Shown here one piece after another: positions 14,234 through 33,497 of a DNA stretch of 64,000 nucleotides; positions within the stretch are counted from its first letter, which is position 1; the number at the start of each line of letters is the position of its first letter. The notes beneath the pieces were generated by a model, which was not told the origin of the DNA, did not search any database, and saw only the letters and a list, made by a program, of their open reading frames with translations. Origin of the DNA: the human T2T-CHM13v2.0 reference genome, Homo sapiens. The position numbers and the translations under genes are program-made. The stretch lies in NCBI RefSeq assembly GCF_009914755.1, contig NC_060928.1, one strand, 5' to 3'.

Positions 14234-15034
14234 AAACAATCAAAAAAGTATCTTCCTAGAGGAAAGGTATTCTAAAACTTTTGAGGAGTGAGCAGAGAAG
14301 AGCATTCAGGCAAAGGAAGCCACAAAACATGATTCGTGAGGCAGCATCATACAACTATTTCAGAGGTGCCATGGAGGGTGGATTTGGGTGAGCTTTAGAA
14401 TGGAAAGCGGGAAATCAGGAATGGAAAACTGGACAAAATGTGCCTCACATGCCATGTCAAAGAATTTGAACATTATTATTTACATAGAAACTGGAATTGC
14501 ATTGCAAGTTTTTAGCAAGAATTTGACTTATGATATTCCAGAGGTTTCTGAATCAAAGAAAGATTGAATTCATCTATGTAGGTAAATAAGCTATCACTTT
14601 AAGAAATTTCTTTTTATAGAAAATCAATTGTACCTATTATAAAACATAACAGTTCATTCTACTTCCCCTTGTATTTCTTAGTTATTATTTATCTAAATAA
14701 ACTGACATGTAAATGCACTTTTCTTTAAAATTATGATTGGTAGAGCTTCCAGAGTCTCTCCCACTTCAACTAACTCTTCCTAACCATATTTTCAGAAAAC
14801 TAAATTGTACCGAAAGATAATACAGAAACTTGTAATTTTCTAGCCACCTTCCTCCTACTTTAAAGATCTGAAAACTGGAGGCCAAGAGGAGAAATTAATT
14901 TCCCCATGTCAAACAGCTTTGTGTAAAAATCAAGATTCCCTAAAAAGGGAAAGTATGTGTAAATTATGCCTCAAAAAACTTGACTTTTAAAAAAATGAGC
15001 ATTATGTTAAGGGCATACATAGATTTGAAGGAAT

Positions 15035-15401
15035 TGTATAAGTCCATTTTCACACTGCTATACGGACACTCTCTGAGCCTGGGTAATTTATAAGAAAGGA
15101 GGTTTAATTGACTAACGGTTTTGCATGGCTGGGGAGGCCTCAGGAAACTTGCAATCATGGCATAAGGCAAAGGGAAACAAGGCACACCTTACATGGTGGC
15201 AGGAGAGAGACAGAGTGAGTGGGGAACTGCTAAACACTTCAAAACCCTGAACTTTCATGATAACTCACTCACTATCATGAGAACAACATGGGGGAAACCA
15301 TCCCCATGACACAGTCACTTCCCACCAGGTCCCAACCCTGACACATGGGGATTACAATTTGAGATAAGATTTGGGTGGGGAGACAGAGCCAAATCATATC
15401 A
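15035..15401 (-). mobile_element. THE1D/MST-type MaLR solo LTR
   Basis: tgtat...catatca termini, 367 bp, perfect 5-bp TSD GGAAT (15030-15034 / 15402-15406). Confidence 0.95.
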
Positions 15402-15590
15402 GGAATATACTAGAGAAAATTTAGACAGAAATTATAAATAGGATAACTACCTTAACTTGTATGACATTTTGATATTTGCATTTTCTTATTTCTTCTTTTT
15501 ACATATACTGTTCTCAAAAAACGTGGACATTGGGCAGAGAAGATAATATTATTTCACGTTTACATATGGAGATAAGTGAACCTCAGAAGG

Positions 15591-20336
<4,746 letters not shown>

Positions 20337-20439
20337 GGAGAAGTAAATAAAACAATACATAAATGCACTTGAAACATTGTCTGGCACATAAATAATAAAC
20401 AAAAAATTTTAAAAAACTTTTAAACAGAATCAAAAACAA

Positions 20440-20652
20440 GTAAAACTAGTTTATAACAAACACAACTCACAGTAATCATTACTCTTGGGAAGGGGAAATG
20501 ATCAAAAGAGGGTGAAAGGGGGATATTGATTGTTGATAATGTTCTGTTTCTTGATCTGTTGGTCAGATGGATTATTTCATTTGGGAAAATTTCTTGAACT
20601 ACACACAGTAAGTACACCTTTCTGTATGCATGTTATAGCTTAATAAAAAGTA
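20440..20652 (+). mobile_element. L1ME-type 3' end fragment
   Basis: 'gataatgttctgtttcttgatctg..gaaaatttcttgaactacacac..ctttctgtatgcatgttatagcttaataaaaag'. Confidence 0.7.
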
Positions 20653-21244
20653 TTTGAATTACAAGAAAACACAAAAGAACAACGATAAAATATTATAGAT
20701 TTTTTCCCATTATGTTTAGAAATTGTGGCTGAAGATATCCCTGGTTTTTATGGAGATGAATAAACATCCTTAATGGGCTGGAGACTTCCGATTCTAAACA
20801 TGTGTACGGATTGTAAAATTCTACACCAAAAGTATAAATGTATTTGAAACAATTTTAAAATATCTGTAGAAAAACTAAAATTTTTATGCTAACTTCATAG
20901 TTTTTGGGATTTACTTTTAAAAAATAGGAACTACCACTATATACTTCAGTAATAGTTAATTTTACAAAACCAAATATACTTAATAAATTTATAAAGATGT
21001 ATTTTAAGGATTCTGCTTTATGTTTATTTGCTTATATGCCATCCTATCTTACTATACTGGAAAGCACTTAAAGGCAAGAGCTGTGTCATTTATTTTGCTA
21101 TTTCCGCCATCTGGCATAGGTTCATAGTATCTTACGCATGTTTTTGAATTAAAGAATAACATGGCAATAGGTGAGTTAAGATACAGAAAAGATAAGTATA
21201 TTTTCTCCACTTTTCTTCTTACCACACCCCAGTCAACCTTCCTC

Positions 21245-21555
21245 AGTCCACAAGCCATGAGGACACGCAAGCAGCACTATAGAGAAGGTATCACAGCAAG
21301 GAACTGAGGCCTTAGCCAAGAGCCAACACCAGCTAGACAGCTGTGTGAGGGAGCCACTAGGGAGGTGGACCCACCATTCCAGTCAATACTTCAGGTACTT
21401 GTATCCTGGCCAATATCTGGCTGAAAACACCTGAGAGAGTCTCAGCTAGAGCTACTGAGGTAAGCCACACCTGAAATCCTGAGCAACAAAAAGAAGAGGT
21501 AGTAACCATTTTCGTTCTAATGCACTAGTTAAGATAATTTGTTACAGATGAAGAG
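21245..21555 (+). mobile_element. MLT1-family (ERVL-MaLR) LTR fragment
   Basis: 'aggaactgaggcc..agccaacaccagc..tgtgagggagcc..gtggaccc..ccagtcaa..cttcag..taagccacacctgaaatcctga..gataatttgttac'. Confidence 0.75.
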
Positions 21556-22059
21556 GCAATCACATGGCTAGAAATACAATACTTTAAGTACACAAATTCA
21601 ATTATTGACAGCAAAGTATTGGAAACAAGCAAATTGCCCGACCATAGAAGATAATGAATTATGGTACATCTGTATGACAGAGTACTATGCAGCCATGTAG
21701 AAGAATGACAAATGTCTCCATAAACTGATACGAAGTAGTTTCCCATATAAATAATTACATAAACTAAAGACCTTTAAAAATACCTTAACAACAACATCAC
21801 CCAAGAAAGCAAACAACTGAATAAATGAATCAAGTGTAGCAAAGTCTGATTATTCTGGAATCTGTACTTTCATAATATTCTTGTTTCATTGAGTGTTGTT
21901 GATTATTTCATGCTAAAAATTTTAAAACCTAGAAAGTTAAACAAATTATGTAAAATAGTTTTATTCACTATGAAAACTTCCTTCTGTTTACGTAAGATTA
22001 GACCTGCAGTTTCAAGAAAAGGAATCATAGCTGTTTAGCTACCCACTCTTCCTTCCTTA

Positions 22060-22388
<329 letters not shown>

Positions 22389-23012
22389 GAAAGATGAATA
22401 TATTAATACCTAATCGGGTTTTAATTGTTCTCAATCCAAAATGGTAGAGAACCACTCATTTGAAAAATTAGGTTCTACCATCTTTTCACTCATAAGAATC
22501 TCCAGAGACCACTAGGTATTACTCCACAGAGTGCAGGAATGAATGCATGCATCTTGGCAGCATTTGCTGACCCTGAAAATGTGCTATTAATTGCCCAAGC
22601 ATTAAAACACATTCCGCTCTGTAATTATCTTAAATATAATAATAATCATCTCAGTACTTTGGTAAAAAGCATTGGGTTTAAAAAGCACGAATAATTAATG
22701 AGACTTACTAAATTTTATTATCTTGATGGAAGAGAAAATGTAAGTGCTCTACCCATAACTTTGTGGAAAATCATCTGTCAACTCCACCGGACCTACAAAA
22801 TAAGCAAAATCTATGACTTTCGTTTATTTTTGTAAGAATAAATCGTAATAATTAGAATTTGGAGATTGGGAAAAAGGAAAATCCTTGAATCTTATTATTT
22901 AAGAGAGAATTGTCCCGAAATTTTGAAATATATATATTTTTTTTATTTCATGCACCAAGAAGGAGATATTCATATGTTACCCTTAAACTACAATTCACAA
23001 GGCTAACATTCA

Positions 23013-23335
<323 letters not shown>

Positions 23336-23907
23336 AAGGTTGGTCTTTTATCAAAATATATTCAGTTAAACATATGCAACTGGAAGTCCAAAAAGCAATC
23401 ACAGAAAAGAGACTGGCTTGCCCAAATATGGTAGAAATATGGCATTATTTTGATCCTAAAACATTCACAGAAGGAGCTGACCGAAGGACATGGTTTTGGG
23501 ATCAAATATTTCTACACCACTGGAGTTGTTCTAAGGTGAGAGTAGAGGAAGCTGTAGGCCTTAGACCCAGTACAGGAAATGTGTCCATTAAAAAAGCAAC
23601 CAATACAAGCAGCTGAAATAAGTCCAGCACTGTTCTCTGTGATATGCAGTTATTTCCTAGGTTTATTATCAATAATACCAGTCATTTACCTCAAGAAAAT
23701 ATAATGAACTTTTGTGTTATCACAGTCATGATTTTTTTATCATAAAGATTAATACTGTCTAAAAAGTCTTTAGCTCATTTAACTTTACTCAAACAACTAA
23801 AGTACTTAATGAGAAATGTTCCAACCCTTTCTAGTAATTTGAATTATTAGACCCAGTACCATAATATTATAATCTCAATGTATAATAAACTCTTAATATT
23901 TTACTCT

Positions 23908-24181
23908 AATTTTATTTATTTATTCCAGATTTATTAAGGAATATTTGACAAAGAAAAATTGTGTATATCTACAGTGTACTATGTGATGTTTGGACATAAG
24001 AATACATTGTGAAATCATTAAATCAAGTTAATTAGCATATTCATATTTTTGTATGTGGTGAGAACATGTAAGATCTACTTTGTTAGCAATTTTCAAGTAT
24101 GCAATAATTATTAACTAGAGTCATCATGCTATACAATGGATCTCAGGAAAGAGGAACATGTCAGTCAAAGAGCACAAAGTA
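23908..24181 (-). mobile_element. L1MA (about MA9/10) 3' end with a possible short inverted 5' piece
   Basis: Reverse-strand 3' UTR 'gtggtgagaacatgtaagatctactttgttagcaattttcaagtatgcaata'. 24146-24181 reads as sense L1MA 3' UTR. Confidence 0.8.
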
Positions 24182-24370
24182 TCTTCCTTAAAGCAAGTCT
24201 TAAATCCTATAAAGAAAAACAAAACAAATAACAACAAAAACTGAAAGTCCTATAGCTCTGCCTTTTTATATTTTTAACTGATTTAGATTATTATGAATTG
24301 TGGCTTATTGATAGTGATAATGCTTTTCATGCTTTGATTCTCCAAAATGATCTAAATCAACTTTAATAAA

Positions 24371-25083
24371 GTTGCAGCAAAGAACGATTTCATTATTTCA
24401 CTCCTTTTATGGCTTCGTAGTATTCCATGGTATATAAGTACCACATTTTCTTTGTGCAATCCACCATTGATGAGTGCCTAGGTTGATTTCTTGTCTTTGC
24501 TATTGTGAATAGTGCAGCAACGAACAGACAATGAACGTATGAATGCCTGTGTCTTTTTGATAGAACAATTTATTTTCCTTTAGGTATATACCCAGTAATG
24601 GGATTGCTGGATTGAATGGTAGTTCTGTTTTAAGTTCTTTCAGAAATCTCCAAACTGCTTTCCACAATGGCTGAACTAATTTACATTCCCACCAACTGCA
24701 TATGAGCATTCCCATTTCTCTGCAGCCTTGCCAGCATCTATTGTTTTTTTGACTTTATAATAATAGCCATTCTGACTGGTGTGAGATGGTGTCTCATTGC
24801 AGCTGGAGGCCATTATTCTAAGTGAATTAATGCAGGAACAGCAAACCAAATACTGCACGTTCTCACTTACAAATGGGAGCTAAACATTGAGTATACATGG
24901 ACATAAAGATGGGAACAATAGACACTGGGGACTACTACACACAGGAGGGAGGTAGGGGGTGTGTGGGGTGAAAAATACCCCACATGGGATCCATACCCCA
25001 AACCTCAGCATCACACAATACACACGTGTAACAAATCAGCACATGTACCCCCATATCTAAAATAATAGTTGAAGAAAAATAAA
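24371..25083 (+). mobile_element. L1PA16/17-L1PB-type insertion with 5' inversion (twin priming)
   Basis: 24371-24799 is antisense ORF2 end. 24798-25083 is sense ORF2 end, 3' UTR and tail. The two parts are adjacent in the L1 consensus. Confidence 0.92.
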
Positions 25084-28000
25084 AGAATGTGAAGCCTCTC
25101 GTCCTTCTTTTAAACACTTCCGTGCTTTGACAGTCAATATCTTTTCTTTAAATTTCTTCTCCCTCTCTTCTCCTTTGATATCTTTCCTAACCATTCTTTA
25201 TATCAGCATAGAAAGTTACATTTTGTCTCCTACCTTTTTCAATATGCTGTCCTGTGTGGTAAGAAAATGAAAAACAAACTCTTTTTTACATTATTATGAT
25301 TTACGTTTCTTAAGTGATATATTCCAGTGGCAGTGGGAATGGGGCATTTGGAGAAGGCTGGAGGGAAACATTTCGATCTGTAAGTACCAAGGGGAAATAA
25401 ACATAATGATGGCAGTAACGCTACAGTGCTGACTTGGGAAGAGTTACAAAAGCTGTAAGCTTCATGGAAAACTGTCACATCATGAATAATCATATTCATC
25501 ATCATACACATGTCAGTGACAAAGTATTAAGTGGAAGTGTTATATTCAAAGAGAAATTTTTGGTCATCCTCAACTATGATTAAAACACTTTCTTAGAGGC
25601 CCCAAGTTGATCCAAGAGAAATAGAAATATGTTTTTATTAATTTAGTATGCACTGTGATAAGAGAATTAAAGAACATCAGATTGAAGTAAGCATGTAACA
25701 TACATCCTTACTATGGATGTAGGCATTAATTGCTATTGACCACTAAGTCTATCTGAGTATATATAATTAGAATAATATTAAATTTTAAAAAAACTAAGTT
25801 ATGAGTAATGAATGTATAACAAGGTATTGTTAATTGAGATATAATTTTATTTATATGATAAACTTAATACTAGGTGAGAAGTTTAGCACATTTGCAGAAC
25901 ATATATGCACTTCTAAGTTTCACTTAAAGGCAGTTTCACTAAAATTCACTACTAGGTGGCTAGAACTTTAATGTATATAAAAGCTAAACTTCACATTTCT
26001 TTTGCTATATAAATCATAAAATGCCTTTGAAAATGCCTTTGAGAGCATTGACCGCTTTAAATAAAGTGCAAGCCCTGTTATAAAATGTTAGTGACAAAAA
26101 TTAATTTCAAAAAGTAAATAATTTCAGAAAACATATGTGCTTATATATGATTCATGATCCTAAAAGAATTAAAAATAACTCTAGTTATTGATTTTATCCA
26201 TCCTTTTATAAACAATAGAAATTTAATTTCAGAATTTACAAAGAAAATGTCTTTAAATAAGGCAACTGATAAGTTTCTGCCTGTTTCCAAATTTCCATAA
26301 TAGAATAAATGTATCTCTAAGTTACAAATGTGCATAATTTCAGTTATTTTATGATAACCCTTCACTGGCTTTCTAGATATTCTTACCACTGCATTTTGGT
26401 GCATTGTATTAATAATGTCTTGATGTATCTTGTGGCTTAATTCAGTGTTGTTAAAGGTGACCTTTTGATTTGATTGTTTAGCTGACTTTGGTGCTAATAA
26501 GATAAAGAATGAGGTGTCTAATGAACCTTGTATATGGAAATAATGATAGATGGCTTATTTGGAATTCTACAGACGCAGCACTGCCAAGGCTGCTGAGGAG
26601 TCTTTGGATCCTAACTAATTTTAGAGAGGTTTTATTGATTACACAGAGACAGGGCACATTTTAATCATTTTTACAGCACTGTATTGCCTGAGGTACCAAA
26701 ATCCATTAAACAAGGATTATAAACTTTATTTTAAACTGGATCCTAAATTGTTTCTTGATGTATAGTCAACAACGGCTCTGTAATATCAATCACAGTTACT
26801 AAGGCATATTAAAATCAACTTGTTTAATTTTAATTGCTCATATGCCTGACCCTCTGAGAAGCAGCTGTTCATGAAGCTAAATTACTTTTCTCCCAGATAG
26901 GAGTTTCATTTTAGTTTATGTTGCGATCATTTCTTTCCTAAGGCTACCAACATGTTCTGTTTTTTACATGTCTACTTTTAATTTTTTCTTCCTATCTTTA
27001 AAAATGTACTAGAAATGACTCCAAGATATGACATTTTTTGTCATTCTCTACATCTTTTAATCTTTCTAGGGAATAAGTGTTTCAGTTAAATTATTTGAGT
27101 TGAAAATTAAAATCATACAAGAACCTATGCAAATGTTTCATGTGGATGTATTCTTACAGAATAAAAAGTAGGATGACTAGACCATACACCTGGGAGCAAA
27201 AATATTTAGTTTGTTTAACAGAATGTGAGTTTTCTTGTTTTAAATCAGCACTTTGTGTGTTTGATGTATTGCATAGATTTAGTATAAATATGTGTACTCG
27301 TTAAATATTTATTAAAATGTAAAGGATTATGAATCAATACCCATATTGTGTAACACTTGAGAAACAAAGGGGGATAGAAAATAAACCTGTGAGCATGACT
27401 TCTCTGGGAATAAATTGACTTGAACAATAAGAATACCTGATTCGAGACCTGGTTTTCCCACTAAATTATTATGTGACCAACAGGTTAGCTAATTCATTTG
27501 GAAATCTATTTCCACATTTTTAAAATAAAAATAAAATTTTTCTTAAGTCACATGGAAATTTGAATTTTATTATGTCAGTACATCTGACGTATTTTAGAAA
27601 TGTTAATGCCCTTTCTTAGTGTTCATGTGTCTATATACACATTTGTTGACTCAGATATAATATCTACTCAATTTGTCTAAGAGTCAATATATATACAAAT
27701 ACCTATAGAGAGGAAACTGGTAGAGGGAGGAAAGAATGCAATATGAGGAAGAATTCATCTTAAAACCATATATTTTATGTTAAAATGAGCTTCATGCATT
27801 TTCAAAGCTATAGGTTCAAAATAACTAGATCAACACTTAAAACCACTATCTTACTAGTTTCATAGTGGTCTAAACACTAAAACTGCATTACCACAAAATA
27901 CATCCATTACATGTATATGAAGTGAAATCTTAATTTTCTTATTTTTTCTTCAACTCTCTAGCTTCAACTCAATAAAAATGTTTAAAAATTAACTTTAATG

Positions 28001-28394
28001 TTTTGAATTTCAAATGAAGTTGAATACCACTATTGGTGACATGTCCTTAAACATAAGTTGAGTAGGAAAATCACTAGCATTATCATATTTAGTAATGTGT
28101 ATATTACCTCACTTTTTTAATATCAAAATGTGCCCACTTATGCATCCATTATAATTATGAGTCACTGATTATTCTGATCAAACCATTAAAGATGCAGGAA
28201 TGAAATGTCAATGTTGGATTAAGGTTTTCCTTTTTTTGTCTTTAAATGCATTCCAAGTTAACATCAGTAAAACACTTTGTCAATTTCCTAAGGAAAAGAA
28301 ATAAGTATAGCATGACATGGTATACCACTTAGTGTTGGCTAACTGGTAACAATCCACCCCAAGATGTACTATGTATTGGCCAAATTTAACAAAT

Positions 28395-28770
28395 AATTAT
28401 TACTTTTCATAATACTTAGGTTTGGTTGAGAAATTCTGGCAAAGGCAACTAAGCTGAGGCTGATGTATAGGATCATCTCATTCACACGTCTGGTGACTCA
28501 ACTGGAATAGCTGAGGCTGCTTTCTACATGGTCTTTCATCCTTCAGCAGGCTAGCCCAGGCTTCTTCACATAATCATAGAAGTATTCCTAGGAATAAAGA
28601 ACAATTCCTGAGGGGTAAGAATTTTTTCACTTTTGTTTAGGTCACTTTTGCTATGGTCCCATTTAACAAGTCCCATGGCCATGCCCAGTCAATGTGGGAG
28701 AAGACTACCAAAGGATGTGGATACAAAGAAGCATGAATACACTAAGGTCCAGTATGATATAGTCTATCAC
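28395..28770 (-). mobile_element. MLT1-family (H/I/J-like) LTR fragment
   Basis: 'ttcacacgtctgg..catggtctttcatccttcagcaggctagcccaggcttcttcacat..ggatgtggatac..gtctatcaca'. Confidence 0.75.
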
Positions 28771-29898
28771 ACAAGGCATCATGTACTATTCTTATACTTT
28801 TTACATATTTATATATGATTAATACTGTTGATGTCCACTTACATCCCTTTACCTGAGGGGCACTTTTGCACCTCAGCTGCTGTAGGCAATACCTACAAAA
28901 AGTGTGTACTTTTGACTAGTTAGAGTTATGAATTTTTTACCATTTTTAACAACCAAAAGAATTCTGACCAGTACCTTATTATTTCTGTTCTTTAATACAA
29001 CAATAAATATACAATTGCAGCAAACTATACCTTAAGTACTTAGTTTGATATCAATTTTTAAGACTGAAAATAAGTATTTATAATCTAATTTATTCTTTTA
29101 ATTTTTTCCATACAATTTAAGGCTGTTATTAAACACTATGGTGGGTCACATTTATTGTTTATATGAAAAATCAGGAAAGTAAAAACAAAATACTTGCCAA
29201 GGCCGAGTGATAAGAAAAGTTGGTATTAAAGAACTGAGGTCATATTTTACTTTTAACATGGTAATTGAGGAAAAAATGAGTATATATTAATATGTAGAAA
29301 TATGTTAGCATTTAACTATAATTTAAGAAAGTTAAAAATAAAACTCAGAAATAATTAAACAATATAAAGACTTTTAATATGCTTATCTAAGATGGTATTT
29401 ATATAATTATCTGTGAAATTAAATATTGAGGTATATAAATCTTTTTGAACTCATCAGATGTAAATGTCAACTGTGCTTCTGGAAATAATATTAAAGTATC
29501 TTCTTTGTTTATATTTTGCTATTTAAAGGGTATTTTTTTCCCTTTGAGAGTCTTTCATTGCAATTCTAACTCCCCAATAAGCACCACTCACATAAGATAT
29601 AACTTTTTCTATGTATTAAATTTTAGATCTACATAGATCCTTCTGTTTGTATAGCCCTGCAATGTTACCTTAAAGGCTTCATTTCTCTAACATTATTTTG
29701 TCAACTCTTGTCACTTAAGACTATGTTCTCACTTTATTTAAAGTCATTCAAGAATAACATTGGTAAGTTCTTCTTTCCTAGGACTTTTTGTCTTATTGAG
29801 CCAGATGGTGTCAGTGTGTCACAAATTAAAATTTCCAAAGCAAATACATTCATGATATTGTTACTTGGAAAACAAGTTTGTTAGGAAATAAATAACTG

Positions 29899-30187
29899 CA
29901 GTTGTCCCTCAGTATCTGCAGGGGATTTGTTCCAGAACTGCTGGCAGATACCAAATCCACATATATTCAAGTCTCATAGTCAACCTTTCAGAAGCTACAA
30001 ATACAAAAATCAACATTCCGTTGAGGAGGGTTTCAAATTCCATGAATACTGTATTTTGGATCTGCTTTGGTTGTTGATGTAGAACCTGCCAATATGGACA
30101 ATCAACTGTGTTTATTGAAAACAAAACAAAACTCCATGCAAGTGGATCTCTGCACTTCTAATCTGTGTGGTTCAAGGATCAACTCTG
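29899..30187. mobile_element. Tigger2/MER8-type MITE (TcMar-Tigger)
   Basis: Begins 'cagttgtccctcagtatctgcagggg' and ends 'gttcaaggatcaactctg', the cagttg...caactg terminal inverted repeats. Confidence 0.85.
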
Positions 30188-30969
30188 TATCTTAAATTTC
30201 CAGAGTTATTCCTCATCAATGCCATTTTCTGCATATAGACCAATTTCTTCAAATGCAGAGCAAACGTGTCTGTATTAAAACCTTTAAAGGAGTTTAAAAT
30301 GTCTAATTAATCTGTTTCCCAAAATTTATGAGAAAAAGGAGTTTAAAATTAAACTGCACTAAAATAAGTCTTCTGAAACCATGCTTCTAAGGGCGTTAAA
30401 GAAAATTCATTTTTTCTCTTAAAATGCAAATTAGATATCTAAATAAATAGTTTGCATACCTCAGAGCTCCAGATCATTAGATAAGTCCAGCCCACATTGT
30501 GACTGTGTGGATAGTCTCCCACAAAATGGAATTTTGTTCTATCTTAACATTCTTGAAGACAAGTCAAAGAACACAGGACCAAAGGAAAATCAACATTATT
30601 ATACTGTTTATAAAGAAAAAGATTGTTCTACATCATATATGAAATATTTATCACATCTGATTCACCGACTTGGCTTCTTAATTTGGAAAACTAATGCATA
30701 CATTTGCCTAAGATATCAAGGCCCAACCTACTCCACAAACTGTGGTTTGTAACCTCCAGTTTTAGGAAGGTGCAAACTCAGAACCAAAACTTGAGCTCTC
30801 CCACCTCTCATCTAGCACACTTTTAAAGACACTGTCAAACGATTTCCTCAATGGTGATTCTGACATCCAATAAAGGGGGCGTTATATTTTTACTTACTAA
30901 AAAATCTCCAGCAACTACCATAGTTTCTGGCATATAGTGAGTAGGCATTCAATAAATTCAATAAATGTA

Positions 30970-31049
30970 TTAGGTCGGTACAAAAGCAATTGCAGTTTTT
31001 GCTATTAAAAGTAATACCAAAAACTGCAATTGCTTTTGCACCAGCCTAA
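30970..31049. mobile_element. MADE1 (Hsmar1-derived 80-bp MITE)
   Basis: Exactly 80 bp, ttagg...cctaa, two 37-bp TIRs plus a 6-bp spacer, TA duplication at 30968-30969 / 31050-31051. Confidence 0.96.
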
Positions 31050-31205
31050 TATTATGCTAAATTAATTTAAGTTTGGCCAAAAGCTGCCTCTGAATTCCAA
31101 ATCCCTGTATTCATACATTCCTAAACTGCAATTTAACAAGTATACCCTTGTAACAAATAGCTGAGTTTCAGCCAATTACAGGCAGCCAACTGACCAGGTC
31201 ATGTC

Positions 31206-33497
31206 TGATACAATTTGGCTGTGACCCCACCCAAATCTCATCTTGAATTGTAGCTCCCATAATGCCTTTGTGTTGTGGTAGGTACCCAGTGGGAGATAAT
31301 TGGATCATGGGGGCAGTTTCCCCCATACTGCTCTCGTGGTAGTGAATAAGGCTCACGAGATCTGATGGTTTTATAAGGGGAAAGCCCTTTCACTTGGTCC
31401 TCATTCCCCATTGTCTGCCACCATGTAATACTTGCCTTTTGCCTTCCACCACGATTGTGAGGCCTCCCCAGACACATGGAGCTGTGAGTGTATTAAATAT
31501 CTTTTTCTGTATAAATTACCCAATGTCAGGTATGTCTTTATCAGTAGCATGAACACTAACTAATACAGTAAATTGGTACCAGTGGAGTGGGGTGAGGCTG
31601 TAAAGATACCCAAAAATGTGGAAGCAACATTGGAACTGAGTAACAAGCAGAGGTTTGAACAGTTTGGAGGGCTCAGAAGAAGATAGGAATATGTGAGAAA
31701 GTTTGGAACTTCCTAGACACTTGTTGAATGGCTTTGACAAAAATGCGGATAATGATATGGACAATGAAATTCAGGCTAAAATGGAGATGAGGAACTTGTT
31801 GGGAACTGGAGTAAAAGTGACTCTTGCTATGTTTTAGCAAAGAGACTTGCAGGATCTTGCCCCTGCCCTAGAGATCTGTGGAACTTTGAACTTGAGAGAA
31901 ATGATTTAGGCTATCTAGAAGAAGAAATTTATAAGCAGCAAAGCATTCAAGATGTGACTTGGGTACTGTTAAAAACATTCAGTGTTAAAAGGGAAACAGA
32001 ATAAAAGTTCAGAAAATTTGTAGCCTGATGATGCCATAGAAAAGAAAAACCCATTTTCTGAGAAGAAATTCAAGCCGGCTGCAGAAATTTGCATAAAAAA
32101 CAAGGAGCCGAATGTTAATTGCCAAGACAATGAGGAAAATGTCTCCAGGTCATATCAGAGACCTTTGAGGCAGGCCTTCCCATCAGACGCCTGGAGGCCT
32201 AGGTGGAAAAAATGGTTACATGGGCCAGGACCAGGCAACCTGGTCCTGTTGTGTGTAGTCTAGGAACTTGGTGCCCTGTGTCCCAGCCACTCCAGCCATG
32301 ACTAAAAGGGGCCAAGGTACACCTCAGGTCATGGATTCAGAGACTGCAAACCCCAGGCTTTGACAGCTTCCACATGATGTTGAGCCTGTGGGTGCATAGA
32401 AGTCAAGAATCCAGGATTGAGAAAATCCACCTAGATTTCAGAGGATGTATGGAAATGCCTGGATGTCCGGTCAGAAGTTTACTGCAGGAGCAGGGCCCTC
32501 TTGGAGAACTTCTGCTAGGGCAGTGTGGAAGGTAATGTGGGGTGGGTGCCCCTACACAGAGTCTCCACTGGGGCACTCCCTAGTGGAGCTGTGAGAAGAG
32601 GACCACTGTCCTCCAGACCCCAGAATGGTACACCAACAGCTTGCACCATGTGCATGGAAAAGCCACAGACACTTAATGGCAGACTGTGAAAGCAGCTGGG
32701 AGGGAGGCTGTACCATGCAAAACCACAGTGGTGAAGCTGCCCAAGACCATGGGAACCCACGTCTCGCATCAGCATGACCTGGATGCAAGATGACGTGCAG
32801 TCAAAGGAGACCATTTTGGAGCTTTACGATATGACTGCCCTGCTGGATTTCCTACTTGCACAGGGCCTATAGCCCCTTTGTTTTGGCCAATTTATCCTAT
32901 TTGGAATGGCTGTATTTGCCCAGTGTCTGTACCCCCATTGTATCTAGGAAATAACTAACATGCTTTTGATTTTATAGGCTCATAAGCAAAAAGGACTTGC
33001 CTTGTCTTGGATGAGATTTTGGGCTGTGGACTTTTGACTTAATGCTGAAATGAGTTAAGACTTTGGGGGACTGTTGGGAAGGCATATTTGGTTTGGAAAT
33101 TTGAGGACATGAGATTTGGGAGGGGCCAGGGAAGAATGATATGGTTTGGCTGTGTCCCCACCCAAATCTCATCTTGAATTGTAGCTCCCATAGTTCTCTC
33201 ATGTTGTGGGAGGGACCCAATGGGAGATAATTGAATCATGGGGGCGGTTTCCTGCTTACTGTTCTCATGGTAGTGAATAAGTTTCACGAGATCTGACGGT
33301 TTTATAAGGGGAAACCCCTTTCACTTGGCTCTCATTCTCTTTTGTGTGCCCTCATGGAAGACATGTCTTTTGCCTTCCACCATGATCGTGAGGCCTTCCC
33401 AGACACATGGAACTGTGAGTCCATTAAACCTTTTTTCTTTATAAATTACCCAGTCTCATGTATATCTTTATCAGCAGCATAAAAATGGACTAATACA
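31206..33497 (+). mobile_element. Full-length THE1 (A/B-like) MaLR: LTR 31206-31567, internal 31568-33136, LTR 33137-33497
   Basis: tgata...taataca termini on both LTRs, ~1.57 kb internal region, PPT. Degenerate TSD atgtc/atgca; the uninterrupted host 3' LTR has atgta at this site. Confidence 0.96.
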
